Assembly: GCA_050950285.1 (NCBI GenBank)
Contig: JBMNHG010000003.1
Span: 248,001-312,000, forward strand
Reading direction: 5' to 3'
DNA: 64,000 nucleotides
Source: Kiritimatiellia bacterium
Lineage (GTDB): Bacteria; Verrucomicrobiota; Kiritimatiellia; RFP12; JBMNHG01
The notes beneath the pieces were generated by a model, which was not told where the DNA came from, ran no database searches, and saw only the letters and a list, made by a program, of their open reading frames with translations. Every line of letters starts with the position of its first letter. Positions within the stretch are counted from its first letter, which is position 1. The translations under genes and the position numbers were made by a program. Of the stretch, positions 29,695 to 39,394 are shown piece after piece.

Positions 29695-32600
29695 ATGAAG
29701 CGTTTGCTGGTTGCTCCGGGAAAAGTGTTTTTCTGGGCCGCTACGATGATAATGGCAGGTTCGGCTTTTGCCGAACCGAAGAACGCCGACGATCTCGAGG
29801 TCTGGAAGCTCGCGCCGCGCACGCCGTGGGTGACGGAGGCGCGCGAGATCATCAACCTCGGCGGGCCGGGCTCGGACTGGAAGGGCACCTTCACGGCGGC
29901 CGTGCAGGGCGATTTCATCAAGATGGCGGGCTCGGCCAAGGTCTATCTCTGGACGAACACGCCGGTCGACGAGGCCACGGCCAAGTGGGCGCCGGTCGAC
30001 CTGCCGATCTCCCGCTTCGTGGCGAGCGACTGGCGGCTCCCGATCGGCTACTACGAACGGACGCTGACGCTGACCGAGGCGCAGGCGGCGCGGAATGTCC
30101 GCATCGCGTTCGAGTCGATCGGCGTCCACTACAAGGTGTGGGTGAACGGCCAGCTTGCGGCCGACGTTCCGCTCACCTCCACTTTTCTCGAGCAGCACGA
30201 CATCAGCGCCCTCGTGAAGCCGGGCGAGAACACGCTCCGCATCATGGTCGGCAAGACCAAGGGGCAGGACGACAGTTGGATCGACTGGCCGCTCAATGGC
30301 GCGAAGCACGGCATCGTGCGTCCGTTCTACCTCGAGCTGCGCGACCCGGTGGCGATCGAGTCGGTAGCGGTACGCACCGCACTCGAGCCGGAGAAGCGCA
30401 TGACAGTGGTCGTGACTGTAACGAACACGACGGACCGCGCGGTGACGCGCGAGCTGAAGGGAGTGGTCGCGGACACGGCCTGGTCCGCTGCCGCGTCCGT
30501 GACGCTGAAGCCCGGCGAGGGGAAGCGGGTGAAACTGGCGAAGGAGTGGCCGGACGCGCGCCTGTGGTCGCCGGCCGATCCCTATCTCCACTTCCTCGAC
30601 CTGACCTTCGCGGGTGACGGGGGTGCGGACGCCTACCGCCAGCGCTTCGGCTTCCGCGAGATCCGCTGGCAGGGGACGGACCGCAAGGCGCTTCTCAACG
30701 GCAAGCCGTTCACGATGCTCCGCAACTCGACGGCTCCGTTCGGACTCGACCGCGGGCAGAACCTCGAGATGATCAATCTCCTCCGCTCGCGCGGTATCGT
30801 CGGCTTCCGCTATTTCACCCAGAACCCCGATCTCGCCCGCTTCTGCGATCTCTGCGACGAGTGCGGCTTCCTGGTCTCGCCGGCGGCGTGCAGCGGCTGG
30901 GGCGCGGGCTTCAAGACGGATCTCTTCTGGCCGCGCTGGAAACGCATGCTTGGCAAGATGCTGGATCAGTGCATGAACAATCCCTCCATCATCTGCTGGG
31001 GGCTCTCGAACGAGTTCGGCACGGTCTATGGCGGCAAGGACAACATGGAGAACGCCATCAGGCAGGGCGAGGTCGGCGAGTGGGTGCAGGCGCAGGATCC
31101 GACGCGCCCGTGGACGATGTACGGCGAGATCGAGCTGCGGTGGCACGGCGTGGAGGGCCCGATGCCGATCCGCAGCTACCACTATCCCTACGGCGTGGCG
31201 GGGACGGTGCTCCCGCAGGGCGGACGCTGGTTCGCCGACGGGCGGAACGGCTGGCAGGGCGCCTTCACGAACGACAAGCCGGTCTCCGTCTCCGAGGATC
31301 TCTTCCACGGCTTCCAGGATGCCCATGCAACGATGGCCAAGGCCCTCGTCGGCGACCGTGTCTACACGCTCGACGGCTACGCCGAGGCGATGTGGTACAC
31401 GCTGCGCAAGTACTGCGAGGGCTACTACCTCGGCGACGTGGCGGGATGGGATCCGTGGTGCTTCTTCGTGGAGAAGCCGGAGTGCCTGGTCTACAGGGAT
31501 CTGCGCGGCACCCCCCACCCGAACCGCCTCCTGATGATGAAGGAGTACAACCGCAACGTGACCTCCGGCACGCGGACGCCGTTTACGCTCATCGCGGCCA
31601 ACCGCGCCTTCGCGCCCGTGAAGGGCACGCTAGTGCGCGAGATACGCATGGGCGGCAAGAGCGTCTCGGTCTCCGGGCCGCAGCGGGCGGACGTCGACAA
31701 CGGCTTCAACGTGGCGTTTCCGTTCGAGGTCGAGGCGCCGTCCGTCAAGACGATCACCCCGTTCGAGCTCGTGGCCACCTGGACGGGCGACGACAACGAG
31801 GTCATCGCCTGCGAGACGTTCGAGTTCGTGTCGGTTCCGGCCAAGGCCGCGGCGGAGATCCGCGTGCCCGGCGCGGTCGCGGCGATCATGACGCGCGAGA
31901 ACGCGACGCTGGCGGGATTCACCTTCGCGAAGGGCATCCACCAGACCGTCGCCGCGGCCCTCGAGGCGAAGCCCGAGGCGATTGTCCTCTACGGCACGCT
32001 TCCGACGCTGGATGCGCAGATCCTCGACGACTGGACGAAGACCGGCGGGCGCGTGCTCCAGCTCGAGCCCGCGCCGGACGACTGGTCGGTCGCCAAGATC
32101 GCGCAGGAGCATCCCAGGCGCTACTCGTTCGCCTTCCGCCGCGACGACGAGCACATGACGGAGATACCCGACGCGGCGATGCGTCTCTGGGCGCCGGAAG
32201 GCTACGTGGGCGACCACGTCTTCCAGAAGCCGGTGGAAGACGCGCGGGTGCTCTGGGAGTCGGTACACGAGGGCGGCATGCGCTGGGCCGAGGTAGCCTG
32301 GTTCTGGCGCGGCAAGGGCGGCTGGCTGGTCTCGACCCTGCCGGCGCTGGCGCGGCTTGGTGTCGAGCCGGTGGCCGGCCATGTGCTGCAGTCGCTCTTC
32401 AACGAGCTTGTCGCGGCCAATGCCGCCGCCCCGTCGCGGCAGGCGCTGCTGGTGGACTTCAACGGGCCGGGTGCGGTTGATGCGCTTTTCAAGAAACATG
32501 ATGCGTACTACAGGACCGTCAGCGTCTCCAACGCGCTGGCGGAGACCGCCCCCGCGCAGGCGGTCTGGATCGTGGATGCGAAGGGGCAGGCGCTGCCGTC

Positions 32601-33789
32601 CGGGGTGAAGGCGTTTGTGACGAACGTCGTGATCCAGGGCGGCACTGCCGTGGTTCTCGACATGGCGCGGGAGACGGATGCGGAGTGGCTCGGCTTCCTC
32701 GGCATCACCTGGGAGCCGCCGCTGCCGACGGTGATGGCACCGATTCCGTGGCAGCCGTCCAAGACCAACGAGGTCGACACCTCGCGCCACTTCTTCACGC
32801 ACGTCGGCAACGCCGGGCCGATTGCCGGCATCAACAACGAGGATCTCTTCTGGTGGCTGCCGGAGCAGATGTGGGTGTACTACCGCTTCCCGCTCGCGAA
32901 TGGTCATCCCACGTTCCTCTGGAACAAGCGCGCCGGCGAGCCGGTGAGCGCCTACTTCGAGAGCGCGGACGCCGCGACGCGCATCCTGACCGCCCCCGGC
33001 GCGATCGGATGCCGCACGATAGGCCAGGGCAAGGTACTCTTTGCCACCTTCGGCATCGACAAGAAGGGGTACGGCGGCGACCATCCCGAGAAGGTCTATA
33101 TGACGGTCAAGACACTGGTCAACAACGCCGGAGCGCCGTTGTCGAAGGTTCTGACGCCGGCGGCGTTCGAGTTCGTCGACCTCGCGCCCGTCGCGACGGC
33201 CGCCTCGTGGCGCAAGCCCGGCGCGGAGAAGCTCGCGTTCGTGCCGAGCGGTGTCGACTTCCGCTACTTCCCGGTCAACCGCTGCGGCTGGTCGTTCACG
33301 GCGCAGAACTTCTGTCCCGTCGAGCCCCTACCGGCCGTTCCTCTCAGCTTCAACGGCGTCTACTTCCGCTTCATCGATCCGGATCAGAACGACGGCAAGG
33401 ATCTCCTCTACATGGAGAAGGGGCTCGACCGCGTGACGCTCAAGCTGCCGCGGAAGATGAAGGTCTCCAGGGTCCACTTCCTGGGCTTCAGCAAGTGGGC
33501 GAATGGCGGCGAAGTCTTCTTCGGCGACCAGGAGAAGCCGGTTCCCATCGTGATCCGCGACCATGTCGCCAACTGGGCGGACAACTGGGACGCCGTAAAG
33601 TCAGGCGTAAAGGTTTACGACGGCATCTGGGATATTCCGACTGCCGACCGCGCGGAGGGCTACAAGCCCGGCAAGGCCTTTGTGTACCACTGGTTCCTCG
33701 ATAACCCCGAGCCCGGCGTGCCGATCGACCACATTGATCTCGGCAACGCCACGCATATCGGCCTCTTTGCCGTGACGCTCGAGGAGTAG
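29695..33789 (+). CDS. Secreted GH2-like glycoside hydrolase with long C-terminal extension (1364 aa)
   Basis: SD AGGAG; signal peptide; LWSPADPYLH, RFGFREI, LLNGKP, NNPSIICWGLSNE, DPTRP. Confidence 0.78.
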   Translation: MKRLLVAPGKVFFWAATMIMAGSAFAEPKNADDLEVWKLAPRTPWVTEAREIINLGGPGSDWKGTFTAAVQGDFIKMAGSAKVYLWTNTPVDEATAKWAPVDLPISRFVASDWRLPIGYYERTLTLTEAQAARNVRIAFESIGVHYKVWVNGQLAADVPLTSTFLEQHDISALVKPGENTLRIMVGKTKGQDDSWIDWPLNGAKHGIVRPFYLELRDPVAIESVAVRTALEPEKRMTVVVTVTNTTDRAVTRELKGVVADTAWSAAASVTLKPGEGKRVKLAKEWPDARLWSPADPYLHFLDLTFAGDGGADAYRQRFGFREIRWQGTDRKALLNGKPFTMLRNSTAPFGLDRGQNLEMINLLRSRGIVGFRYFTQNPDLARFCDLCDECGFLVSPAACSGWGAGFKTDLFWPRWKRMLGKMLDQCMNNPSIICWGLSNEFGTVYGGKDNMENAIRQGEVGEWVQAQDPTRPWTMYGEIELRWHGVEGPMPIRSYHYPYGVAGTVLPQGGRWFADGRNGWQGAFTNDKPVSVSEDLFHGFQDAHATMAKALVGDRVYTLDGYAEAMWYTLRKYCEGYYLGDVAGWDPWCFFVEKPECLVYRDLRGTPHPNRLLMMKEYNRNVTSGTRTPFTLIAANRAFAPVKGTLVREIRMGGKSVSVSGPQRADVDNGFNVAFPFEVEAPSVKTITPFELVATWTGDDNEVIACETFEFVSVPAKAAAEIRVPGAVAAIMTRENATLAGFTFAKGIHQTVAAALEAKPEAIVLYGTLPTLDAQILDDWTKTGGRVLQLEPAPDDWSVAKIAQEHPRRYSFAFRRDDEHMTEIPDAAMRLWAPEGYVGDHVFQKPVEDARVLWESVHEGGMRWAEVAWFWRGKGGWLVSTLPALARLGVEPVAGHVLQSLFNELVAANAAAPSRQALLVDFNGPGAVDALFKKHDAYYRTVSVSNALAETAPAQAVWIVDAKGQALPSGVKAFVTNVVIQGGTAVVLDMARETDAEWLGFLGITWEPPLPTVMAPIPWQPSKTNEVDTSRHFFTHVGNAGPIAGINNEDLFWWLPEQMWVYYRFPLANGHPTFLWNKRAGEPVSAYFESADAATRILTAPGAIGCRTIGQGKVLFATFGIDKKGYGGDHPEKVYMTVKTLVNNAGAPLSKVLTPAAFEFVDLAPVATAASWRKPGAEKLAFVPSGVDFRYFPVNRCGWSFTAQNFCPVEPLPAVPLSFNGVYFRFIDPDQNDGKDLLYMEKGLDRVTLKLPRKMKVSRVHFLGFSKWANGGEVFFGDQEKPVPIVIRDHVANWADNWDAVKSGVKVYDGIWDIPTADRAEGYKPGKAFVYHWFLDNPEPGVPIDHIDLGNATHIGLFAVTLEE

Positions 33790-33816
33790 CAGTAGGCAGT
33801 GGCAGTAGGCACGAAC

Positions 33817-33898
33817 GGGCGGCACGCATGCCGCCCTTAGGGAGCGCGCGGAGGCGTGGGGCGGGTAGGCTCAATATGCGCACGGCATGCCGTGCGCA
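33817..33898. repeat. Two intergenic palindromes (REP-like)
   Basis: GGGCGGCA-cgca-TGCCGCCC (33817-33836) and a perfect 22-bp TGCGCACGGCATGCCGTGCGCA (33877-33898). Confidence 0.6.
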
Positions 33899-33953
33899 CA
33901 AACAGTAGAATTATGATTCATCACCCCTGTGGCTAATCACCTGACCGCAACCC

Positions 33954-35453
33954 ATGAACGACACCCTGCTCACGCCCCCCGCACCCGCCACCCCCCGCAT
34001 CAACGGTGCCCGCATCGTCGGCGCCCGCCCCGGATCCCCCTTCCTCTTCAGGATTCCCACGACGGGCGAACGCCCCATGCGCTTCGCGGCCGCCGGCCTT
34101 CCCGACGGCCTTGAGCTCGATGCCGCCGCCGGCATCATCCGCGGCGCGACCACATGCGCGGGCGAGCACCGCGTAACCCTCTCCGCGCGCAACCACCTCG
34201 GCGAAGCCACCAGCGAGCTCCGCATCCGGATCGGCGACGCCATCTGCCTGACCCCGCCCATGGGCTGGAACAGTTGGTACTGCCACAGCGAGCTCGTCAG
34301 CGAGCAGGCCATCCGCGACACGGCCCGCGCCCTCGTCGGGACGGGGCTCGCCGACCACGGCTGGACCTACGTCAACATAGACGACTGCTGGCAGGGCGTC
34401 CGCGGCGGCCCCGATCTCGCCATCCAGCCCAACGAGCGCTTCACCGACATGAAGGGGCTTTGCGACGACCTCCACGCGCTCGGCCTCAAGGCCGGCATCT
34501 ACTCGACCCCCTGGATGGGTACCTACGCCGGCTTCATCGGCGGCTCCGCGCCCGACGAGACGGGCGACAGCTCGGCGTTCCACCTGCCCGAGACCGAGCG
34601 CCTCCAGCCGCACCAGTTCTTCGGCCGCTACCCCGGCTCGATCGAGCGCGGACTCGACCGCGTCGGCACCTGGTTCTTTGATCGCGACGCCCGGCAGTGG
34701 GCGGAGTGGGGCTTCGACTACGTCAAGGTGGACTGGAACCCCAACGACGTTCCCACCACCCGGCGCATCCACGACGACCTCCGCCGCTGTCCGCGCGACA
34801 TCGTGCTCAGCCTCTCCAACCGCGCCCCGTTCGAAAACGCCGAGGGCCTCGCCCGCTACGCCAACTGCTGGCGCACCACCGGCGACATCAACGACTCGTG
34901 GGAATCGATCTCGAAGATCGGTTTTGCGCAGCTACCCTGGCAGCGCTTCCAGCGCCCCGGCCACTGGAACGACCCCGACATGCTCCAGGTGGGCCGGATC
35001 GGCACGCCGAACCGCAAGAACACCCAATTCAACCCCACGCGCCTTACGCGGGACGAGCAAGTCACGCAAATGAGCCTCTGGTGCCTGCTCTCGGCACCCC
35101 TGCTGCTCAGTTGCGACATCGCCTCGCTCGACGCCTTCACCCTCAGCCTGCTGACGAACGACGAGGTCATCGCCATCAACCAGGATCCCGCCGCGCAACC
35201 CGCCCGCCAGTTCGTGCCTGACGACACCGCACAGATCTGGACCAAGCGCCTTGAAGACGGCGCCACGGCCCTTGGCCTGTTCAACCTCGGCGACGCCCCC
35301 CGGGACGTCACGGCGGAATGGGCGGCCCTCGGCCTCGACGCCCCCCGCGCCGTCCGCGACCTCTGGCGCCAGCAGGACCTCGGCGCCTTCCCCGACGCCT
35401 TCACCGCCCGGGTTCCCGCGCATGGGGTCGTGCTTGTCAAAACGAAGGGGTAG
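33954..35453 (+). CDS. GH27 alpha-galactosidase with N-terminal Ig-like domain
   Basis: LTPPMGWNSW, YVNIDDCW, WGFDYVKVDW, WRTTGDI, WNDPDML. Confidence 0.9.
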   Translation: MNDTLLTPPAPATPRINGARIVGARPGSPFLFRIPTTGERPMRFAAAGLPDGLELDAAAGIIRGATTCAGEHRVTLSARNHLGEATSELRIRIGDAICLTPPMGWNSWYCHSELVSEQAIRDTARALVGTGLADHGWTYVNIDDCWQGVRGGPDLAIQPNERFTDMKGLCDDLHALGLKAGIYSTPWMGTYAGFIGGSAPDETGDSSAFHLPETERLQPHQFFGRYPGSIERGLDRVGTWFFDRDARQWAEWGFDYVKVDWNPNDVPTTRRIHDDLRRCPRDIVLSLSNRAPFENAEGLARYANCWRTTGDINDSWESISKIGFAQLPWQRFQRPGHWNDPDMLQVGRIGTPNRKNTQFNPTRLTRDEQVTQMSLWCLLSAPLLLSCDIASLDAFTLSLLTNDEVIAINQDPAAQPARQFVPDDTAQIWTKRLEDGATALGLFNLGDAPRDVTAEWAALGLDAPRAVRDLWRQQDLGAFPDAFTARVPAHGVVLVKTKG

Positions 35454-35479
35454 GCGGCTGGGGTTTGAAGGTGTCGCTG

Positions 35480-35595
35480 GGGACTGGGGACCGCGGTCTC
35501 CGCGGGCAGATCGTGGTGGTGGTGGAGACCGCAGTCTCCGCAGGCAGATGGGAACGCCTGCACCTGCACCAGCCCGCCGAGGACGGCGGTTCCCA
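35480..35595 (+). repeat. Composite intergenic repeat, copy 1
   Basis: GGGGACCGCGGTCTCCGCGGGCA...TCGTGGTGGT...CCCGCCGAGGACGGCGGT; similar copies at ~37151 and ~39239. Confidence 0.75.
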
Positions 35596-35642
35596 ACATT
35601 CCGACATTTCGTCCGCCCGTTTCGAGTCTAAACCAAAACCAC

Positions 35643-36347
35643 ATGAACATGACGAAGCCCATGCGCAACGCGCGACCGAAAGACAAACGACGCCTGTCCA
35701 TTCATTTCTTCGGAACGGCCTGCTCCTGCCTGTGCGTCCTGGCCTCCGGCTGCGCCTCCACGAAAGGCTACTGGATTGATCGCGGGCGCGATGCGGCGGA
35801 CATCGTCACGGTCACCGGGGGGATCGTCAACGGCGCGAAAGTGCAAGCGGGGCCGGTCGCCGCGGGTTTGATCATGCAATCGGACGTCGTCGGGCTTCGG
35901 GGGGGCGAGATCTTCGCCGTCCAGCCGGGGCAGGCGCAGCAAGGCGCAGGAGCGGATTTCTGGACGCCGATCCCCATCTACATTGCCTATGACGACACCT
36001 TGGTCCTCGGGTGGCGTTCAGGGTTTTCGACCTGGAGCCTGGGGGAGGAGCGGAATAAGACATTCTACTACGAATCGAAATATCCGTTTTGGATCGGCGG
36101 CCAAACAGGCAGCATCGGCGAGTGGCGCCGGATTCAAGACGGCCCTTCCATCCAGACGAACGCCGCGGCAAAATGCGAAACCAGGAAAAGCGGATGGTCG
36201 ACGCCGTTGCCCTATCAGCTTGAGGTCAGCGGCGGCCTCGTCTTCGGCCTCCGGCTCGGCTTCAACGTCGGGGAACTCGTCGACTTTGTCGTCGGTTGGT
36301 TCGGTTTCGACATCTTCGACGATGATCTGGAGGCAAATCCCTTTTAG
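35643..36347 (+). CDS. Hypothetical lipoprotein
   Basis: LCVLASGC lipobox; C-terminal GLRLGFNVGELVDFVVGWFGFDIFDDD. Start codon uncertain. Confidence 0.7.
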   Translation: MNMTKPMRNARPKDKRRLSIHFFGTACSCLCVLASGCASTKGYWIDRGRDAADIVTVTGGIVNGAKVQAGPVAAGLIMQSDVVGLRGGEIFAVQPGQAQQGAGADFWTPIPIYIAYDDTLVLGWRSGFSTWSLGEERNKTFYYESKYPFWIGGQTGSIGEWRRIQDGPSIQTNAAAKCETRKSGWSTPLPYQLEVSGGLVFGLRLGFNVGELVDFVVGWFGFDIFDDDLEANPF

Positions 36348-36742
36348 CGTCTCATGCAATCCCAGAACTGCCGCGGGGTCACGATTTTTGTTTTTTTGTA
36401 GGATTCCAGTACGAGCAGATCCTGGTCGCCTGTCACGAGGCAGGCCGCACCGCCGGCATCGGCGAGGCCAAGCAAATGGAGATCGTCCGGATCGCGACAG
36501 GCGTCGAGCGGGACAGGAGCGGGTTCGACGAAACGGCTGTTCTCTTGAAGCATGTCGCAGTAGTCCTGGACGACAGGACGCGGCACGTTGATTTTGCCCA
36601 GCAATTTGTCGCGGACATCTTGAATGAGGAGCGACGAGCAGATGATTTCATGCTCCTCCAGGCAATGCTCCAGCACGGCCTCGCAAAGCCCCCGCCCGGC
36701 AACGGCCGCAATCAGCACATTCGCGTCAAGAACGACAATCAT
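36344..36742 (-). CDS. PIN-domain toxin of a type II TA pair
   Basis: MIVVLDANVLIAA...CRDPDDLHLL...LVTGDQDLL; ATGA overlap with the antitoxin stop. Confidence 0.9.
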   Translation of the reverse strand: MIVVLDANVLIAAVAGRGLCEAVLEHCLEEHEIICSSLLIQDVRDKLLGKINVPRPVVQDYCDMLQENSRFVEPAPVPLDACRDPDDLHLLGLADAGGAACLVTGDQDLLVLESYKKTKIVTPRQFWDCMRR

Positions 36743-36954
36743 GACAATGCCCGGAAAACGTCCTCGTCGGTGACAAGGCCCTGCGCCTCGGCATACGGCA
36801 AGATTTGACTGCGCGCAGAGCGGAAGCGCTTGACCGCCAGATACCGTCGAAGCGATTCCCGGACGATGTCGCTCGCGGTCTTGTGCTCGATGCGCCCCAG
36901 TCGCTGGATGTCGTTCCGAAGTTCTTTGGGCAGTCGAATGGTGAGCGTGGTCAT
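36739..36954 (-). CDS. Ribbon-helix-helix antitoxin
   Basis: SD AAGGAGG; MTTLTIRLP...SDIVRESLRRYL. Confidence 0.85.
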   Translation of the reverse strand: MTTLTIRLPKELRNDIQRLGRIEHKTASDIVRESLRRYLAVKRFRSARSQILPYAEAQGLVTDEDVFRALS

Positions 36955-36977
36955 GGTGCCTCCTTTCTCTGTAAGAC

Positions 36978-37007
36978 AATGTAACACGACGTGCGGCCGG
37001 TTGTCAA
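36978..37007 (-). promoter_or_regulatory. Sigma70-like promoter of the TA operon
   Basis: TTGACA-18-TACATT with extended TG; repeated TTACA units overlapping the -10 may be the RHH operator. Confidence 0.6.
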
Positions 37008-37150
37008 GAGGCGTCGAAAAATGAGAAACGAACGCTGGCATTTGGAGCTACATACGGAACAACCCGGTTCGCGCGGGACTTGTCGCCGCCAGCGAAGAAT
37101 GGCCGTTTCAAGGGAAGGCGCATGATGTTCCCCGCTGGTGAAAATGTTGG

Positions 37151-37246
37151 TCGTGGTGGTGGGGACTGGGGACCGCGGTCTCCGCGGGCAAACGGGAACA
37201 GCCCGCGCCACACCCACACCCGCCCGCCGAGGACGGCGGTCCCCAG
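37151..37246 (+). repeat. Composite intergenic repeat, copy 2
   Basis: TCGTGGTGGTGGGGACTGGGGACCGCGGTCTCCGCGGGCAAACGGGAACAGCCCGCGCCACACCCACACC...GGACGGCGGTCCCCAG. Confidence 0.75.
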
Positions 37247-37310
37247 CGCATCCGAAGCGAACGGGAGGCCACTGCCAAATCACCAATCACAAATCAAACC
37301 CCGCTGCAGC

Positions 37311-38678
37311 CTATTGCATTTCCCCGACCCAGTAGCCATAGCCCTCCAGCGCGATGCGCGGACCAATCTTGGAACACCCGGATTCCACAAGTGCCGTTCC
37401 GGGAATGCCCTCAATGTTCAGTCTGGATTCCACGCGGTGATCGGACAAGTTGATGGCCACGAGTATGCGCGTATCGCCAAGCGTGCGGATAAAGGTGGCC
37501 AGTTCGTCCGGCATATCGTTGTCCACCCATTCCAGTGTACCGTGGGTCAGCGCCTTCGTGTCCCGGCGCATGCGGCAGAGACGGCGGCACAACTCCGTGC
37601 GTGCCTTGCCGCGGGGAGTCCCGCCTGCGGCCCAGTCCACGGGGAGCCTGCCGAAGATGCTGTGGCGCGCGGTGTCGGCCACTTCCTGGCCGTTGTAGAG
37701 GAATGGCGCGCCGTCGAGTGTGAACGCCAGGATGAGCGCGGCGCGCACATGCGCGTCCGACCAGCGCTTGTCCACGCGGTTCTCGTAGTCGTCATTGGCG
37801 ATGTCGTGGTTGTCGAAGAACCAGATGAACTTGGAGCCGCCGACCGGACGCTCCGCGCGCCGCTCCTCCCACAGCTTCCTGAGCGCGGAGGCGGAACTCC
37901 AGATCTGGTGGGCGTTTCCGAAGCCTAGGTAGTTTATATCGAATGCGCGAAGCTGGTCTTCCTTGCGGGTGCCTTCCGACAACATGGCCACATCGGGCTT
38001 GAGCACCTCGATGCGCCGGCGCGCCTCTTCCCAGAACTCGAGCGGGATGGCATCCGAGACGTCGGTCCTGAAGCCGTCCACGTCGAACTCCCTCACGAAC
38101 CACTCCATGTTGGCCCAGAGATATTCGCGCAGTTCAGGGTTGTCGAAATTGAGCGCGGGGAACTTCCATGCGGCGTTGCGGATGGAGCCGTCCGCCTCGC
38201 GCTGCACGAAGTCGGGATGCTTTTCGATGAACACGGCACCGGGGCCGCAGTGCAGGTAGACCACATCCTGCATGACCCGCATGCCAAGCGCGTGCGCCTC
38301 GTCCACGAAGCGACGGTAATCTTCCGCCGTACCGTACTCGGGGTCGATGTCGTAGTAGTCCTTGATGCGGTACGGATTGCGCGGGTTGTCCATGCCGGAC
38401 TTGATCTGCCGCGGGCTCCAGAAGTTGCGGTCGGGGTGGTCGTCGGAGACCGACACGGGGCACAGGTAGAGGATGGTGACACCCAGTTCCGCGAGCCTTG
38501 GCAGGTGCGCCAGCGCCGCCTTGAGCGTCCCCTCCGGCGTGAAGGCGCGCAGATTGATCTGGTAGAAGACGCCCCCCAGCAGCCATTCCGGCGAGGTGCG
38601 GGCCTGTTTCTGGTTCAGCGGTAGAGTTTCGTTTGCATTCACGGCATCAATTCCTTGTGCGCTTATTGTATATGACAA
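37311..38678 (-). CDS. GH13 alpha-amylase-family hydrolase
   Basis: DYYDIDPEYG, QDVVYLH, DVDGFRTDV, MLSEG, FFDNHD, PFLYNGQE. Confidence 0.9.
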   Translation of the reverse strand: MSYTISAQGIDAVNANETLPLNQKQARTSPEWLLGGVFYQINLRAFTPEGTLKAALAHLPRLAELGVTILYLCPVSVSDDHPDRNFWSPRQIKSGMDNPRNPYRIKDYYDIDPEYGTAEDYRRFVDEAHALGMRVMQDVVYLHCGPGAVFIEKHPDFVQREADGSIRNAAWKFPALNFDNPELREYLWANMEWFVREFDVDGFRTDVSDAIPLEFWEEARRRIEVLKPDVAMLSEGTRKEDQLRAFDINYLGFGNAHQIWSSASALRKLWEERRAERPVGGSKFIWFFDNHDIANDDYENRVDKRWSDAHVRAALILAFTLDGAPFLYNGQEVADTARHSIFGRLPVDWAAGGTPRGKARTELCRRLCRMRRDTKALTHGTLEWVDNDMPDELATFIRTLGDTRILVAINLSDHRVESRLNIEGIPGTALVESGCSKIGPRIALEGYGYWVGEMQ

Positions 38679-38772
38679 GGCGGGAGAGGGTCAATCACAC
38701 GAAATGCCGGCTGCGTAATCGGTTGGCGACAGAGGGGCGCGGGGATTGTCCAAGTGTAAAGCGGCAGGTCGT

Positions 38773-39033
38773 TCATCCCAACAGGCGAATGGCCGGGACA
38801 GACCAGATATCGGGCTCGCAAAGGGGTTCCAGGCGCGTGCCGCCATGAACCACGAGACCTCCGAGCCATCTTTCGCCCGCGCCCTCCGCCACGCGCCGCA
38901 GACCGGCGGCGTCGGAATGCCCGGCCTTCTCGCGCATCTTGATTTCAACCCCGATCAACCCGTTGACAGTCTCGATGATAACGTCAACCTCAAGCCCCGA
39001 GCGTGTGCGGTAATAGAAGAGGCGCATATCCAC
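38773..39033 (-). pseudogene. C-terminal fragment of an AAA-ATPase/DUF4143 gene
   Basis: YYRTRSGLEVDVII...GVEIK motif; no ATPase N-terminus upstream. Confidence 0.7.
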
Positions 39034-39165
39034 CCCGCTGGTACGGCATCCCGCCCCGCGAAATTGGATCAGGCCGACTACCGCGCGATTGAATCCGTGG
39101 CTGGAAGGATCGCCGGACTTGGGGATCCCGTTGTCGTCGCTGGCGTTTTCCCCGCATGGCAGGAC

Positions 39166-39235
39166 GTGAAGGTTGCCTGTACGGTTCGGAGGGAGGGGCG
39201 GCGCAACTCAATGCGTCGTCCCTACCTACCCCTAT
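39166..39235 (+). ncRNA. Group II intron 3' remnant (3' half of domain V plus domain VI)
   Basis: GTGAAGGTTGCCTGTACGGTTCGGAGGGAGGGGCGGCGCA-actcaa-TGCGTCGTCCCTACCTACCCCTAT. The catalytic AGC arm and RT ORF are absent. Confidence 0.7.
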
Positions 39236-39238
39236 GAG

Positions 39239-39368
39239 GCAGATCGTGGTGGTGGTGGGGACTGCGGTCTCCGCAGGCAAATGGGAACAGCCCGCGCCAC
39301 ACCCACACCCACACCAGCCCGCCGGGGACGGCGGTCCCCAGAGGCAGATGCCATCACGGCGGTCCCCA
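39239..39368 (+). repeat. Composite intergenic repeat, copy 3
   Basis: GCAGATCGTGGTGGTGGTGGGGACTGCGGTCTCCGCAGGCAAATGGGAACAGCCCGCGCCACACCC...CCCGCCGGGGACGGCGGTCCCCAG. Confidence 0.75.
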
Positions 39369-39394
39369 GAGGGGGTTCAACCCTGCGACGGGCG

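Noticed and set aside
35480..39368. CRISPR or integron attC interpretation of the repeats
   Set aside because: Spacing is ~1.7-2.1 kb, with no cas or intI gene and no RYYYAAC/GTTRRRY boxes seen.
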